Source of the DNA: a virus
Taxonomy: Duplodnaviria; Caudoviricetes
Length of the DNA: 64,000 bases
Virus record (IMG/VR): IMGVR_UViG_3300028591_000004
Coordinates: 64,001-128,000 of that record
Strand: one strand, 5' to 3'
The notes below the pieces were generated by a model, which searched no databases, was not told the origin of the DNA, and worked only from the letters and a program-made list of their open reading frames with translations. Shown here piece after piece: positions 1 to 7,330 of this stretch. The translations under genes were made by a program, and so were the position numbers. Within the stretch, counting starts at the first letter, position 1, and every line of letters starts with the position of its first letter.

Positions 1-51
1 TAACTAATCCATTTTATTGGAAAGATGAAACTTCAGAAGGAGAGTGGGGCT

Positions 52-717
52 ATGAATCTCGCAAAATCATTTGAGTTTTTTAACCCTGATTTATTCCATG
101 AACAGATCCACATCATTGGGTGTGGATCTGTAGGTTCTACGGTAGCTGAACTGATTACAAGATTCGGCATCGAAGAAGTATGCCTATATGATTTCGATGT
201 TGTAGAAGAACATAACCTGGTGAACCAGATGTTCACGCGAGATGATTTATATAAGCCGAAAACAGAATGCGTGAAGAACAATTTATTGAAAATAAATCCA
301 GATATGAACATCATCTTATTTGACCGGGGATATATAGGACAAAAACTGTCAGGTTATGTTTTTCTGTGTGTAGATAAGATAGAGATAAGAAAGAGAATAG
401 TTGAAGAAAACAAATTCAACGACACAATCAAAGCAATGTTTGATTTCAGAACCGGATTGACTGATTGCCAGCATTATGCTGCCGACTGGAGCAGGATGGA
501 TCAAAAGAAATTGCTTTTGAGTAGAATGAATTTCACACACGAAGAAGCACAGCAAGCCGTACCAATGTCAGCTTGCAGAGTTGCGCTTTGTGTGGCACCA
601 ACAGTAAGACTTGTATCTAATATCGGAGTCTGCAATTTTATTAATTTTGTAAAAGGAAATGGATTAAAGAATGCGATAGTTGCAGACGCATTTAATTTTA
701 TGATCGAAGAATTTTAA
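52..717 (+). CDS. ThiF/MoeB/E1-like adenylyltransferase
   Basis: GCGSVGS nucleotide-binding loop, DFDVVEEHNLVNQ motif, KPKTE; C-terminal Cys (SACR). Start placed at ATG 52 after a purine-rich AGGAG tract; the ORF track starts at 25. Confidence 0.85.
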   Translation: MNLAKSFEFFNPDLFHEQIHIIGCGSVGSTVAELITRFGIEEVCLYDFDVVEEHNLVNQMFTRDDLYKPKTECVKNNLLKINPDMNIILFDRGYIGQKLSGYVFLCVDKIEIRKRIVEENKFNDTIKAMFDFRTGLTDCQHYAADWSRMDQKKLLLSRMNFTHEEAQQAVPMSACRVALCVAPTVRLVSNIGVCNFINFVKGNGLKNAIVADAFNFMIEEF

Positions 718-718
718 A

Positions 719-976
719 TCACAATGAAAATTCGGTTATACCGGTCTGCTAATGTAAGTAACAGAAACACTTTGCCCGACAAGAAAGGGAACGCGGATCC
801 GCCGGCCGCACGTCGAAGGCAGCCTGAATAACACCTCCATTTCTCGTGCTAAGACGAAATTTCTAGACTATGCACAAGTTTTATTACAGCTGAGAGATTT
901 AAATCGACTGGTTTGAGATCGCTCGGGACCTGTAAGTAGCAGCTCTAGATCCAGCAACTAACTAATTAGATTGTGA
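719..976 (+). ncRNA. Retron-like ncRNA 1 (msr-msd), upstream of RT
   Basis: Terminal IR TCACAAT(719-725)/ATTGTGA(970-976); unpaired G726 then AAAA; hairpin TCGGT-tat-ACCGG; hairpin TCTG..TGTAA..CAGA; TTAG at 966-969; long imperfect stem TCTAGA..TTACAG..CTGTAA..TCTAGA. Ends 9 nt before the RT start. Confidence 0.8.
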
Positions 977-985
977 GATGAAAAA

Positions 986-2122
986 ATGTATTACTTTACA
1001 ATAAGGCAAAATAGAAAACCAGTTCAACTAAAATTCGAAGATGTATTGTTTGGAAATGTTGTAATAAATTCATTAAATACAGAATCTGATAAGACCGGTA
1101 CCATAACCAGAGCATTAGACGAAATACCTAAAGAGTTAACTGAAAAAGTAGATATAAAATCGATTATTGAATGGTTGAAAGAATTCAATAATAAAAACAG
1201 TTCTTTGTTTGAAGCTAATAGAGAAACACTGTATAGGCATTATAAAATTCCAAAGAAAACAGGTGGATGGAGGCCCATAGATGAACCTTGTCCGGAATTG
1301 CAAAATGCATTAGGAGAATTGGCCTCTTTTCTACAAAGAGATGTTGGTGTTCTTTATCATACATCTGCATTTGCATACATAGAAGACAGATGCGTTGTAG
1401 ACGTATTGAAAAAACATGCCAAGTTTAAGAGTAATTGGTTCCTGAAAACGGATTTAAGCGGATTCTTTCCTCACACTACTCTTGAATTTACAATGAAGAT
1501 GTTAAGTAAGATCTTTCCTCTATGTGAAGTTATGAAAGATCCGGAAGGGGGAAAAGCCTTAACTAAGGCAATTTCTTTGGGGTTCTTAAACAATGGATTA
1601 CCGCAGGGAACAAAGCTTTCGCCGTGTTTGACAAATTTCATTATGATTCCAATTGACCATCGACTGGCTGGTGAATTCTCCAAGCGTAAAATGGTTTATA
1701 CAAGATATGCTGATGATATGCATATTTCAGCGCAGGAAGAGTTCCCATTTAAACAGATGGTGAAATTTATTGAAAATACTTTTAAAGAATTTAGTGCCCC
1801 GTATGAAATTAAGGATGAGAAAGTTCACTATGGAAGTGTAAAAGGGAAGAACTGGATGCTTGGCTTAATGCTGAATGGCGAGTACAAGATAACAGTAGGA
1901 TATAGAACTAAGAAATATTTTAAAGCGGCTTTGTGTAACTTTATTCTTGATACTAAGAACAATAAACCTTGGGACATTGATGATGTTCAGCATCTGTCTG
2001 GTCAGCTTTCATATTACAGGATGGTTGAAGAGAATTATTTTAATAAAATTATCAATACAGCAAATAAAAAGTGGAACGTAGATGCAGAACAAATGATGAA
2101 ATCTTATTTGAAAATAGCATAA
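986..2122 (+). CDS. Retron-type reverse transcriptase
   Basis: IPKKTGGWRPI, KTDLSGFF, LPQGTKLSP and YTRYADD motifs; stand-alone 378 aa with no maturase or endonuclease domain. Retron region X/Y equivalents are divergent (DVLKKH, MLGLML). Confidence 0.9.
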   Translation: MYYFTIRQNRKPVQLKFEDVLFGNVVINSLNTESDKTGTITRALDEIPKELTEKVDIKSIIEWLKEFNNKNSSLFEANRETLYRHYKIPKKTGGWRPIDEPCPELQNALGELASFLQRDVGVLYHTSAFAYIEDRCVVDVLKKHAKFKSNWFLKTDLSGFFPHTTLEFTMKMLSKIFPLCEVMKDPEGGKALTKAISLGFLNNGLPQGTKLSPCLTNFIMIPIDHRLAGEFSKRKMVYTRYADDMHISAQEEFPFKQMVKFIENTFKEFSAPYEIKDEKVHYGSVKGKNWMLGLMLNGEYKITVGYRTKKYFKAALCNFILDTKNNKPWDIDDVQHLSGQLSYYRMVEENYFNKIINTANKKWNVDAEQMMKSYLKIA

Positions 2123-2125
2123 TCA

Positions 2126-2332
2126 TTGGCAATGAAAAGCTTTTGCTCTTTTGCTGTAATCAGAAGATTCGATTTGATAAAGAGTAGCTCCACATCTTGT
2201 TAAAGGCGCCGCAACATCTAAAGATGATGCGGCGCCTCCCGCAAGATGCTACGCTACTTCCAACTTATTACCTGGTTCTAAGGCCCCAGGTAAACGTTGG
2301 AAGTTTTAAACTCTTCGAATTTAGATTGCCGG
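2126..2332 (+). ncRNA. Retron-like ncRNA 2, downstream of RT
   Basis: IR TTGGCAAT(2126-2133)/ATTGCCGG(2325-2332); G2134-AAAA; AGC-tttt-GCT; CTTTTG-cTGTAAt-CAGAAG; TTAG at 2321-2324; two long cargo hairpins (AGGCGCCGCA/TGCGGCGCCT and TTACCTGG/CCAGGTAA). Confidence 0.78.
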
Positions 2333-2366
2333 ATAGAGCATTGCATTCGCAGTGCTCTATTTTTTT
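2333..2366 (+). terminator. Intrinsic terminator ending the ThiF-ncRNA-RT-ncRNA unit
   Basis: ATAGAGCATTGC-attc-GCAGTGCTCTAT followed by a T-run. Confidence 0.85.
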
Positions 2367-2377
2367 CTTTAATTACC

Positions 2378-2422
2378 TTTGATCAAATATTTTCTCCCGT
2401 TTCGAAAATCACCATAATGGAG
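2378..2422 (+). promoter_or_regulatory. Conserved 45-bp promoter/operator element, copy 1
   Basis: 40/45 identical to 21288-21332; contains a CATAAT -10-like box; lies upstream of the RNA polymerase gene. Confidence 0.6.
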
Positions 2423-2535
2423 AAGAAAACAAATCATAACAGAACGCAAACAATTCCAGTTGCGCAACCACTCAACGCGACTGTTTTTATAGATGCTTGA
2501 TTGATCCATACCTATAGCGATCGAAAGGAGTATGT

Positions 2536-5364
2536 ATGGGAGAGAAGAGCTATCTAAAAAATCAAGTCTATTTACCCGGTTTCAACAGTTACGATCTTTT
2601 TACTGAGCAGGAATTTGAACAGTATATGAAGATCGTAGAAGCAAAAAACGAACTGAACAGAATTGAAAAAGATCAGAAATCACTAAAACAAAGTCTTATT
2701 ACAAAAAAAAAGGAAGCACAATCCAAGTTAAATGAATTAATCAACAAGCATGATGGTATTCCCAGAGAAGTCCGACTAAAAAATGTTATTTATCATCCTG
2801 ATTCAGAAGATCAATTTCCGGCTGGAGTTACGTGGCATAATCTGAATTTTTCAAAGAAAATCTCTGAGTTTTCATCTGAGCTTACAAGAGCGATGAAGCT
2901 TGAAAGAGATTATACTTTGGATCAGATTGTTGTGAAATGGAAATCCTTGGATGTAATGCATCAGTTGATTACAGATGGATTCTATATGAAGATTCTGAAT
3001 CCGGATGGATCAACAACAAACAAACATTATCATTTTTTCACAGCATCAGCCGGTCAATTAAGACGAGATAAACTTGTCTTTATTTCCGATGAAATGTGGG
3101 AGAAAATAAAAAAAAGAATTGAATGTGGACTTCCATGGGATGTAATCAATGCTCATGGAGGTATCTGTACAAATAAATTAATGGCTTATACTGCACTACC
3201 TGGAAGTGCAACAGATGAGTGGACAGACTTTGATTTGGATCGATGCATCGTCATCAATCAATTCAAAGGCAAAGTCACTGACAGGATGATGTACATTAAC
3301 CATGATTATACATACAAAGAAGAAGTATGTACCGTTGAAATTGATCACACAGATGGATGCGGTATGATGCTCCCGTCTGTTTCGGATTTCAACTTCATGG
3401 TTAGAGGGCCATATGTCAAAGGACTGTTGTGTGTATTTGACTATTTAAAGTTCTGTGAAGAGAAAGGTGTTCGGCCTGTCATTGTCGACTATTGGGGCTT
3501 AGAACACGATCTTGTAAAAGAAAACATACAGATCATCTTCACGGAAAGCATGGTCAAAATGGCAAAATTCTATGATTCATGGCAGGATTTCAAAGACAAA
3601 TGCCGTTCATGCGGTGCAATGTTCGGCAAAATGAACTATGAAGAAGAAGAAATAGATGACACAACAGTATGTTATCAGTTTACTCAAACGCTTACGGATT
3701 TCACAGACGAGGAAATAAAAGAGTATACAAAGCGGGAACATGATCGTATCATGAATGTCACAAAAGACAAAGATACGATGATCAGAACACTGAAAGGTGA
3801 TGTGAAATCTGATAATCCTTATAAAGCAGCGTTGGCTTATTATCCGGAAATGTTATGGGAAGGATATACGAGAAGCCAGCTAAAAGACACGAGGAAGAGG
3901 ATGCTTCTCGATGCGAAATCCGGAAAGATAAGGATGCTTAATAAACGTCTGTTTGCTATTCCGGATTTATATGCGGCTTGTGAGTATTGGTTCTGTCATA
4001 TTGAAGAACCGGAAGGGCTGCTGAAGAATGGAGAAATAGCGTGCTCTGTCTTTAGAAAATATAATGAAGCTGATGTTTTAAGGAGTCCCCATTTATACTG
4101 CGAGCATCGAATTGAAAAAATTTCGCATGATCCGGAAGTGTATAAATGGTTTAATACAAATGGTGTGTACACAAGCTGTAAAGATTTAATTTCTCGCGTT
4201 TTGCAATTCGATGTTGACGGAGATCAGCTGAATGTAATAGTTGATCCGTTGTTTGTTTCCGTAGCAAAACGCAACATTGAAAAATACGATGTAATACCTC
4301 TCTTCTACGAAGCGAATAAGCCCAAAGCAGAACCCGTTACAAAAGAGTCCCTATATAACGGGTTGAAAAGAGCTCACGATTACTCAAGTGGCGGTATTAC
4401 ATCAATAGGAGAGATATCCAACATGCTCACACGGCTTTGGAATCGTGAAAATCCTGACAGAGTAGCGGCAGCATGGTTAACCATGTTCAATAATTTAACA
4501 ATTGACGCCGCTAAAACCGGGCAGCTGTCCCATTATAAAGACTACCCGGCTGTAGCCAGAAAGATTAACAAAGCCATAGGAGGGAAAAACGGTCGGTTAC
4601 CTTATTGGTTCGCTTTTTCAAAGAACGGCCGAAAAGCTCCGGCTCCGGGAAAAAAGAAACGAAAGTACCTTGCTCCCAACAATTCAACAATGAATAGAAT
4701 TTGTGCTGCTTTCAGTGACATTGGCAACATCAATCTCCACAACGCAGACATTTCACCATTTAACTGGCAGATGTTTTTATCAGAACCATGCAAAGATACG
4801 AATCCTGAAATGTGTAAAGTATTTTGCGACATGGACAACATTAACATTTCTGGGGTCATAGAGGCTAAAGATTTTGATTACTTTACCGAAAGAGAATCAA
4901 AATCGAAATATGAACTTTTAGCCAAGATGATCATCGAAGAAATGACCGACCGATTCGGTCCGCTGGAAAACTCTTATCCGTATATTGTGAAGTTTCTGTT
5001 TGCGGATAAAGCAGTTGATAAAGCGGTTCATAAGCAAATGTTCTGGAGAGTTTATGGAGACATTGCTTTAAAGAACCTGAAGCAGAATCTTAGCAACTAT
5101 AAAGTCTGTAAAAACTGTAGTATGAAATACCCCATATGGGCAGAAACCCATACCTGTATAAAAGATAGCACTGGTTTTGTAACCTGTATTGACTGCGGTG
5201 CTGTTCGTCCAAGAATGAATTCAAAACAGCAGCGCTGTGAAATCTGTCAGGATATATACAATAAAACATCAGACTCAGTCCGAAAAAGAAACAAATACAA
5301 GAAATTAAAGGAAGAGGAACAACAACGTATTACTTCCTTGGTCTCGCGCTTAGAGAAGACATAA
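2536..5364 (+). CDS. YonO-like single-subunit RNA polymerase (cellular RdRP-related two-barrel fold)
   Basis: TASAGQLR, HTDGCGMM, LRSPHL and catalytic FDVDGD (DxDGD) motifs, IDAAKTG; C-terminal Cys-rich Zn ribbons; RBS GAAAGGAG. Confidence 0.85.
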   Translation: MGEKSYLKNQVYLPGFNSYDLFTEQEFEQYMKIVEAKNELNRIEKDQKSLKQSLITKKKEAQSKLNELINKHDGIPREVRLKNVIYHPDSEDQFPAGVTWHNLNFSKKISEFSSELTRAMKLERDYTLDQIVVKWKSLDVMHQLITDGFYMKILNPDGSTTNKHYHFFTASAGQLRRDKLVFISDEMWEKIKKRIECGLPWDVINAHGGICTNKLMAYTALPGSATDEWTDFDLDRCIVINQFKGKVTDRMMYINHDYTYKEEVCTVEIDHTDGCGMMLPSVSDFNFMVRGPYVKGLLCVFDYLKFCEEKGVRPVIVDYWGLEHDLVKENIQIIFTESMVKMAKFYDSWQDFKDKCRSCGAMFGKMNYEEEEIDDTTVCYQFTQTLTDFTDEEIKEYTKREHDRIMNVTKDKDTMIRTLKGDVKSDNPYKAALAYYPEMLWEGYTRSQLKDTRKRMLLDAKSGKIRMLNKRLFAIPDLYAACEYWFCHIEEPEGLLKNGEIACSVFRKYNEADVLRSPHLYCEHRIEKISHDPEVYKWFNTNGVYTSCKDLISRVLQFDVDGDQLNVIVDPLFVSVAKRNIEKYDVIPLFYEANKPKAEPVTKESLYNGLKRAHDYSSGGITSIGEISNMLTRLWNRENPDRVAAAWLTMFNNLTIDAAKTGQLSHYKDYPAVARKINKAIGGKNGRLPYWFAFSKNGRKAPAPGKKKRKYLAPNNSTMNRICAAFSDIGNINLHNADISPFNWQMFLSEPCKDTNPEMCKVFCDMDNINISGVIEAKDFDYFTERESKSKYELLAKMIIEEMTDRFGPLENSYPYIVKFLFADKAVDKAVHKQMFWRVYGDIALKNLKQNLSNYKVCKNCSMKYPIWAETHTCIKDSTGFVTCIDCGAVRPRMNSKQQRCEICQDIYNKTSDSVRKRNKYKKLKEEEQQRITSLVSRLEKT

Positions 5365-5432
5365 ACAGAGGGAATTTCTATCCTTCTTATGTTTTATGCC
5401 GTGCGTGGACGTCTTCTAACACAAGGACTGGT

Positions 5433-5852
5433 TTGAGGGTTACAAAACAGCTCGACGGCAAGCCGTCGAAGAATCTCCCGAAAATCTTAGTAACGGAGCC
5501 GACTGGCCACGACGACCTTTTAAATTTCTTATCAGTATATCAAACGCAGGATTATTTTAAAGGACCTCACTATCATCCGGAAGGTGCACTTTGCTGGTAT
5601 GCCTGTAACAAGTACGGTGAACCTTCCGGAGAAGTGATTTTTGCCAGAAAAGTACCTGTGAAAGAACTGATGTGGTCGTTTTCGTTTAAGAAAAAATACA
5701 GAATGGAAGGATTTAATCGATCGGTTAAATTCAAGAATGTATTTTCAAGAGAGCCCCGTTATGAAGATTATAAAACTTTAAAGCCGAGGTTATATCAATC
5801 GGTGAAAAAAACTGGGAAAGGAAAGAAAAAGAATGGCAACAAAAACAGATGA
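5433..5852 (+). CDS. Hypothetical basic protein
   Basis: ORF fills the gap between the RNAP and SSAP genes; start uncertain. Confidence 0.45.
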   Translation: MRVTKQLDGKPSKNLPKILVTEPTGHDDLLNFLSVYQTQDYFKGPHYHPEGALCWYACNKYGEPSGEVIFARKVPVKELMWSFSFKKKYRMEGFNRSVKFKNVFSREPRYEDYKTLKPRLYQSVKKTGKGKKKNGNKNR

Positions 5853-6582
5853 TGTGTATGGCATTCTGAGAGTTGTTGATGTCAGCGGTCATGTCGAAGA
5901 AAAAGACACTGGCAAAGCGAAGCTGAAATATCTCTCCTGGGCATGGGCTTGGGACGAGGTTCGAAAACGCTATCCGAGCGCCAACTACACAATCGTCAAA
6001 AACGAACAGGGCCTTCCATATTTCATTGATCCTGCAATGGGAATTATGGTTTATACCACGGTTACCATTGAAAACGAAACACATGAAATGTGGCTGCCGG
6101 TCATGGACGGTGCCAACAATCCAATGAAGATGGAACCTTATGACATTCAGATGTCTTGGGGAAAGAAGCATGTTAATGCTGCAACAATGTTCGACATCAA
6201 CAAGACAGTTATGAGGTGTCTGACAAAGAATCTTGCGATGTTTGGTATCGGCCTTGCCCTGTATGCCGGGGAGGATCTGTTTGACGACACAGAGGGCAAC
6301 AAAGGCGATGCTGCGACAAAGAAAGCTGAGTCAAAATCGGAAGCGAAAGTCACAGCGAAGAAAGCTGAGGCCGAAAACAAGAAGGCTGAACCAGCACTGG
6401 GTCTTACAGAGGTTATCAAAGAACTCGATTTCAAAGTACAGGCAATGACAAAAAATATGACAGACGAACAGAAGAATGCGCTTGCAGAAACAATTAAACA
6501 GAAGTGCGGCATTAAGAACTATCGCATGTGTACAGATGTAAATGCGTTGAATAGTTTGCTTGCCGTGCTGCAGGCTGCATAA
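5833..6582 (+). CDS. Sak/Rad52-like single-strand annealing protein (DUF1071-type)
   Basis: YLSWAWAW, MWLPVMD, DINKTVMRCLTKNLAMFGIGLALYAGEDL. Confidence 0.85.
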   Translation: MATKTDDVYGILRVVDVSGHVEEKDTGKAKLKYLSWAWAWDEVRKRYPSANYTIVKNEQGLPYFIDPAMGIMVYTTVTIENETHEMWLPVMDGANNPMKMEPYDIQMSWGKKHVNAATMFDINKTVMRCLTKNLAMFGIGLALYAGEDLFDDTEGNKGDAATKKAESKSEAKVTAKKAEAENKKAEPALGLTEVIKELDFKVQAMTKNMTDEQKNALAETIKQKCGIKNYRMCTDVNALNSLLAVLQAA

Positions 6583-6597
6583 GAAAAGGAGTAAAAT

Positions 6598-6984
6598 ATG
6601 GCAAACGATGCAACAGTATTTGTAACTGGAAACTTAATTAAGGACCCGACTCATAGTGTCGTAAACAATCAGGTTGTTGTTTCATTCACGGTTGCCGTGA
6701 ATACAACCCTGAAAAAAACAGATGGTTCTGGATATGAATCCAATTTCTATAATGTTTCCGTTTGGGGTAAACCAGCCGAATGGTTGCTGGAAAAGATCCA
6801 GAAGGGAACACAGGTTGAGGTGTGTGGAGATCTGTTCCTTCAGAAGTATATTAATCAAAAGACAGGCGAGGCTGGACAGTCTATGAACATTCGAGCTTAT
6901 AAGGTAACTCCTCGTGCGAGAATGAAGGGCGCTCCGACTCGTCAAAATAGTGCAGACCCTGATCCTGATACCCGTCCATTTTAA
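6598..6984 (+). CDS. ssb: Single-stranded DNA-binding protein
   Basis: GNLIKDP, FTVAVN, VSVWGKPAE, KGTQVEVCG; acidic C-terminus ending in PF. Confidence 0.9.
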   Translation: MANDATVFVTGNLIKDPTHSVVNNQVVVSFTVAVNTTLKKTDGSGYESNFYNVSVWGKPAEWLLEKIQKGTQVEVCGDLFLQKYINQKTGEAGQSMNIRAYKVTPRARMKGAPTRQNSADPDPDTRPF

Positions 6985-6986
6985 CA

Positions 6987-7152
6987 ACTGCTAAGAAAAG
7001 TAGCTGCTGATGTAATTAACATAAACAATTTGAGCATATCTCAAACACTTTATCTATTTGAAACTTAATTAGAAACGGTCAAGACCCGTTTCAAATTAAG
7101 TTACAAATAGATAAAGAGACAAATAAAATCATAGATTTTATTAGTTAGCAGT
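6987..7152 (+). ncRNA. Retron-like ncRNA 3 (orphan, no adjacent RT)
   Basis: IR ACTGCTAA(6987-6994)/TTAGCAGT(7145-7152); G6995-AAAA; GCTGAT-GTA-ATTAAC hairpin; TTAG at 7141-7144; cargo is a 31-bp hairpin at 7048-7116 (29/31 paired). Confidence 0.72.
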
Positions 7153-7317
7153 ACGCATTATGATAAGCATTGGGAAACTATTATAATAATTATATAAAAC
7201 TATCAATGCTCTATCAGGTGTAATCGATAGAAAAGCGTAAACTATACCGAAGCGCAGCGACCATTCCAACTTAGGGTCGCTGCGCTTATTATAAATTAAA
7301 AATTTAGATAATGCGTA
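7152..7317 (+). ncRNA. Retron-like ncRNA 4 (orphan, tandem with ncRNA 3)
   Basis: IR TACGCATTAT(7152-7161)/ATAATGCGTA(7308-7317); G7162-ATAA; AGCATTG..CAATGCT; CTATC-aggTGTAAtc-GATAG; TTAG at 7304-7307; cargo is a perfect 13-bp stem AAGCGCAGCGACC/GGTCGCTGCGCTT (7250-7287). Confidence 0.78.
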
Positions 7318-7330
7318 AGGAGATAAAATA

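Noticed and set aside
986-2122. RT as part of a diversity-generating retroelement or group II intron
   Set aside because: No TR/VR pair differing at adenines and no Avd-like gene seen in the window; no maturase/endonuclease domain or intron domain V; the flanks have retron-like a1/a2 architecture.
2197-2382. Short ORFs over ncRNA regions (also 7141-7377 minus and 42281-42574)
   Set aside because: No RBS or protein motifs; they overlap structured elements with covarying stems.
2536-5364. True RNA-dependent RNA polymerase
   Set aside because: The characterised phage member of this family (YonO) is DNA-dependent; the sequence alone gives no support for RNA templating.
7048-7116. 31-bp inverted repeat as a replication origin
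   Set aside because: The position between ssb and primase is suggestive, but the repeat lies exactly in the cargo slot of a complete retron-like scaffold. An origin role is not excluded but is less parsimonious.
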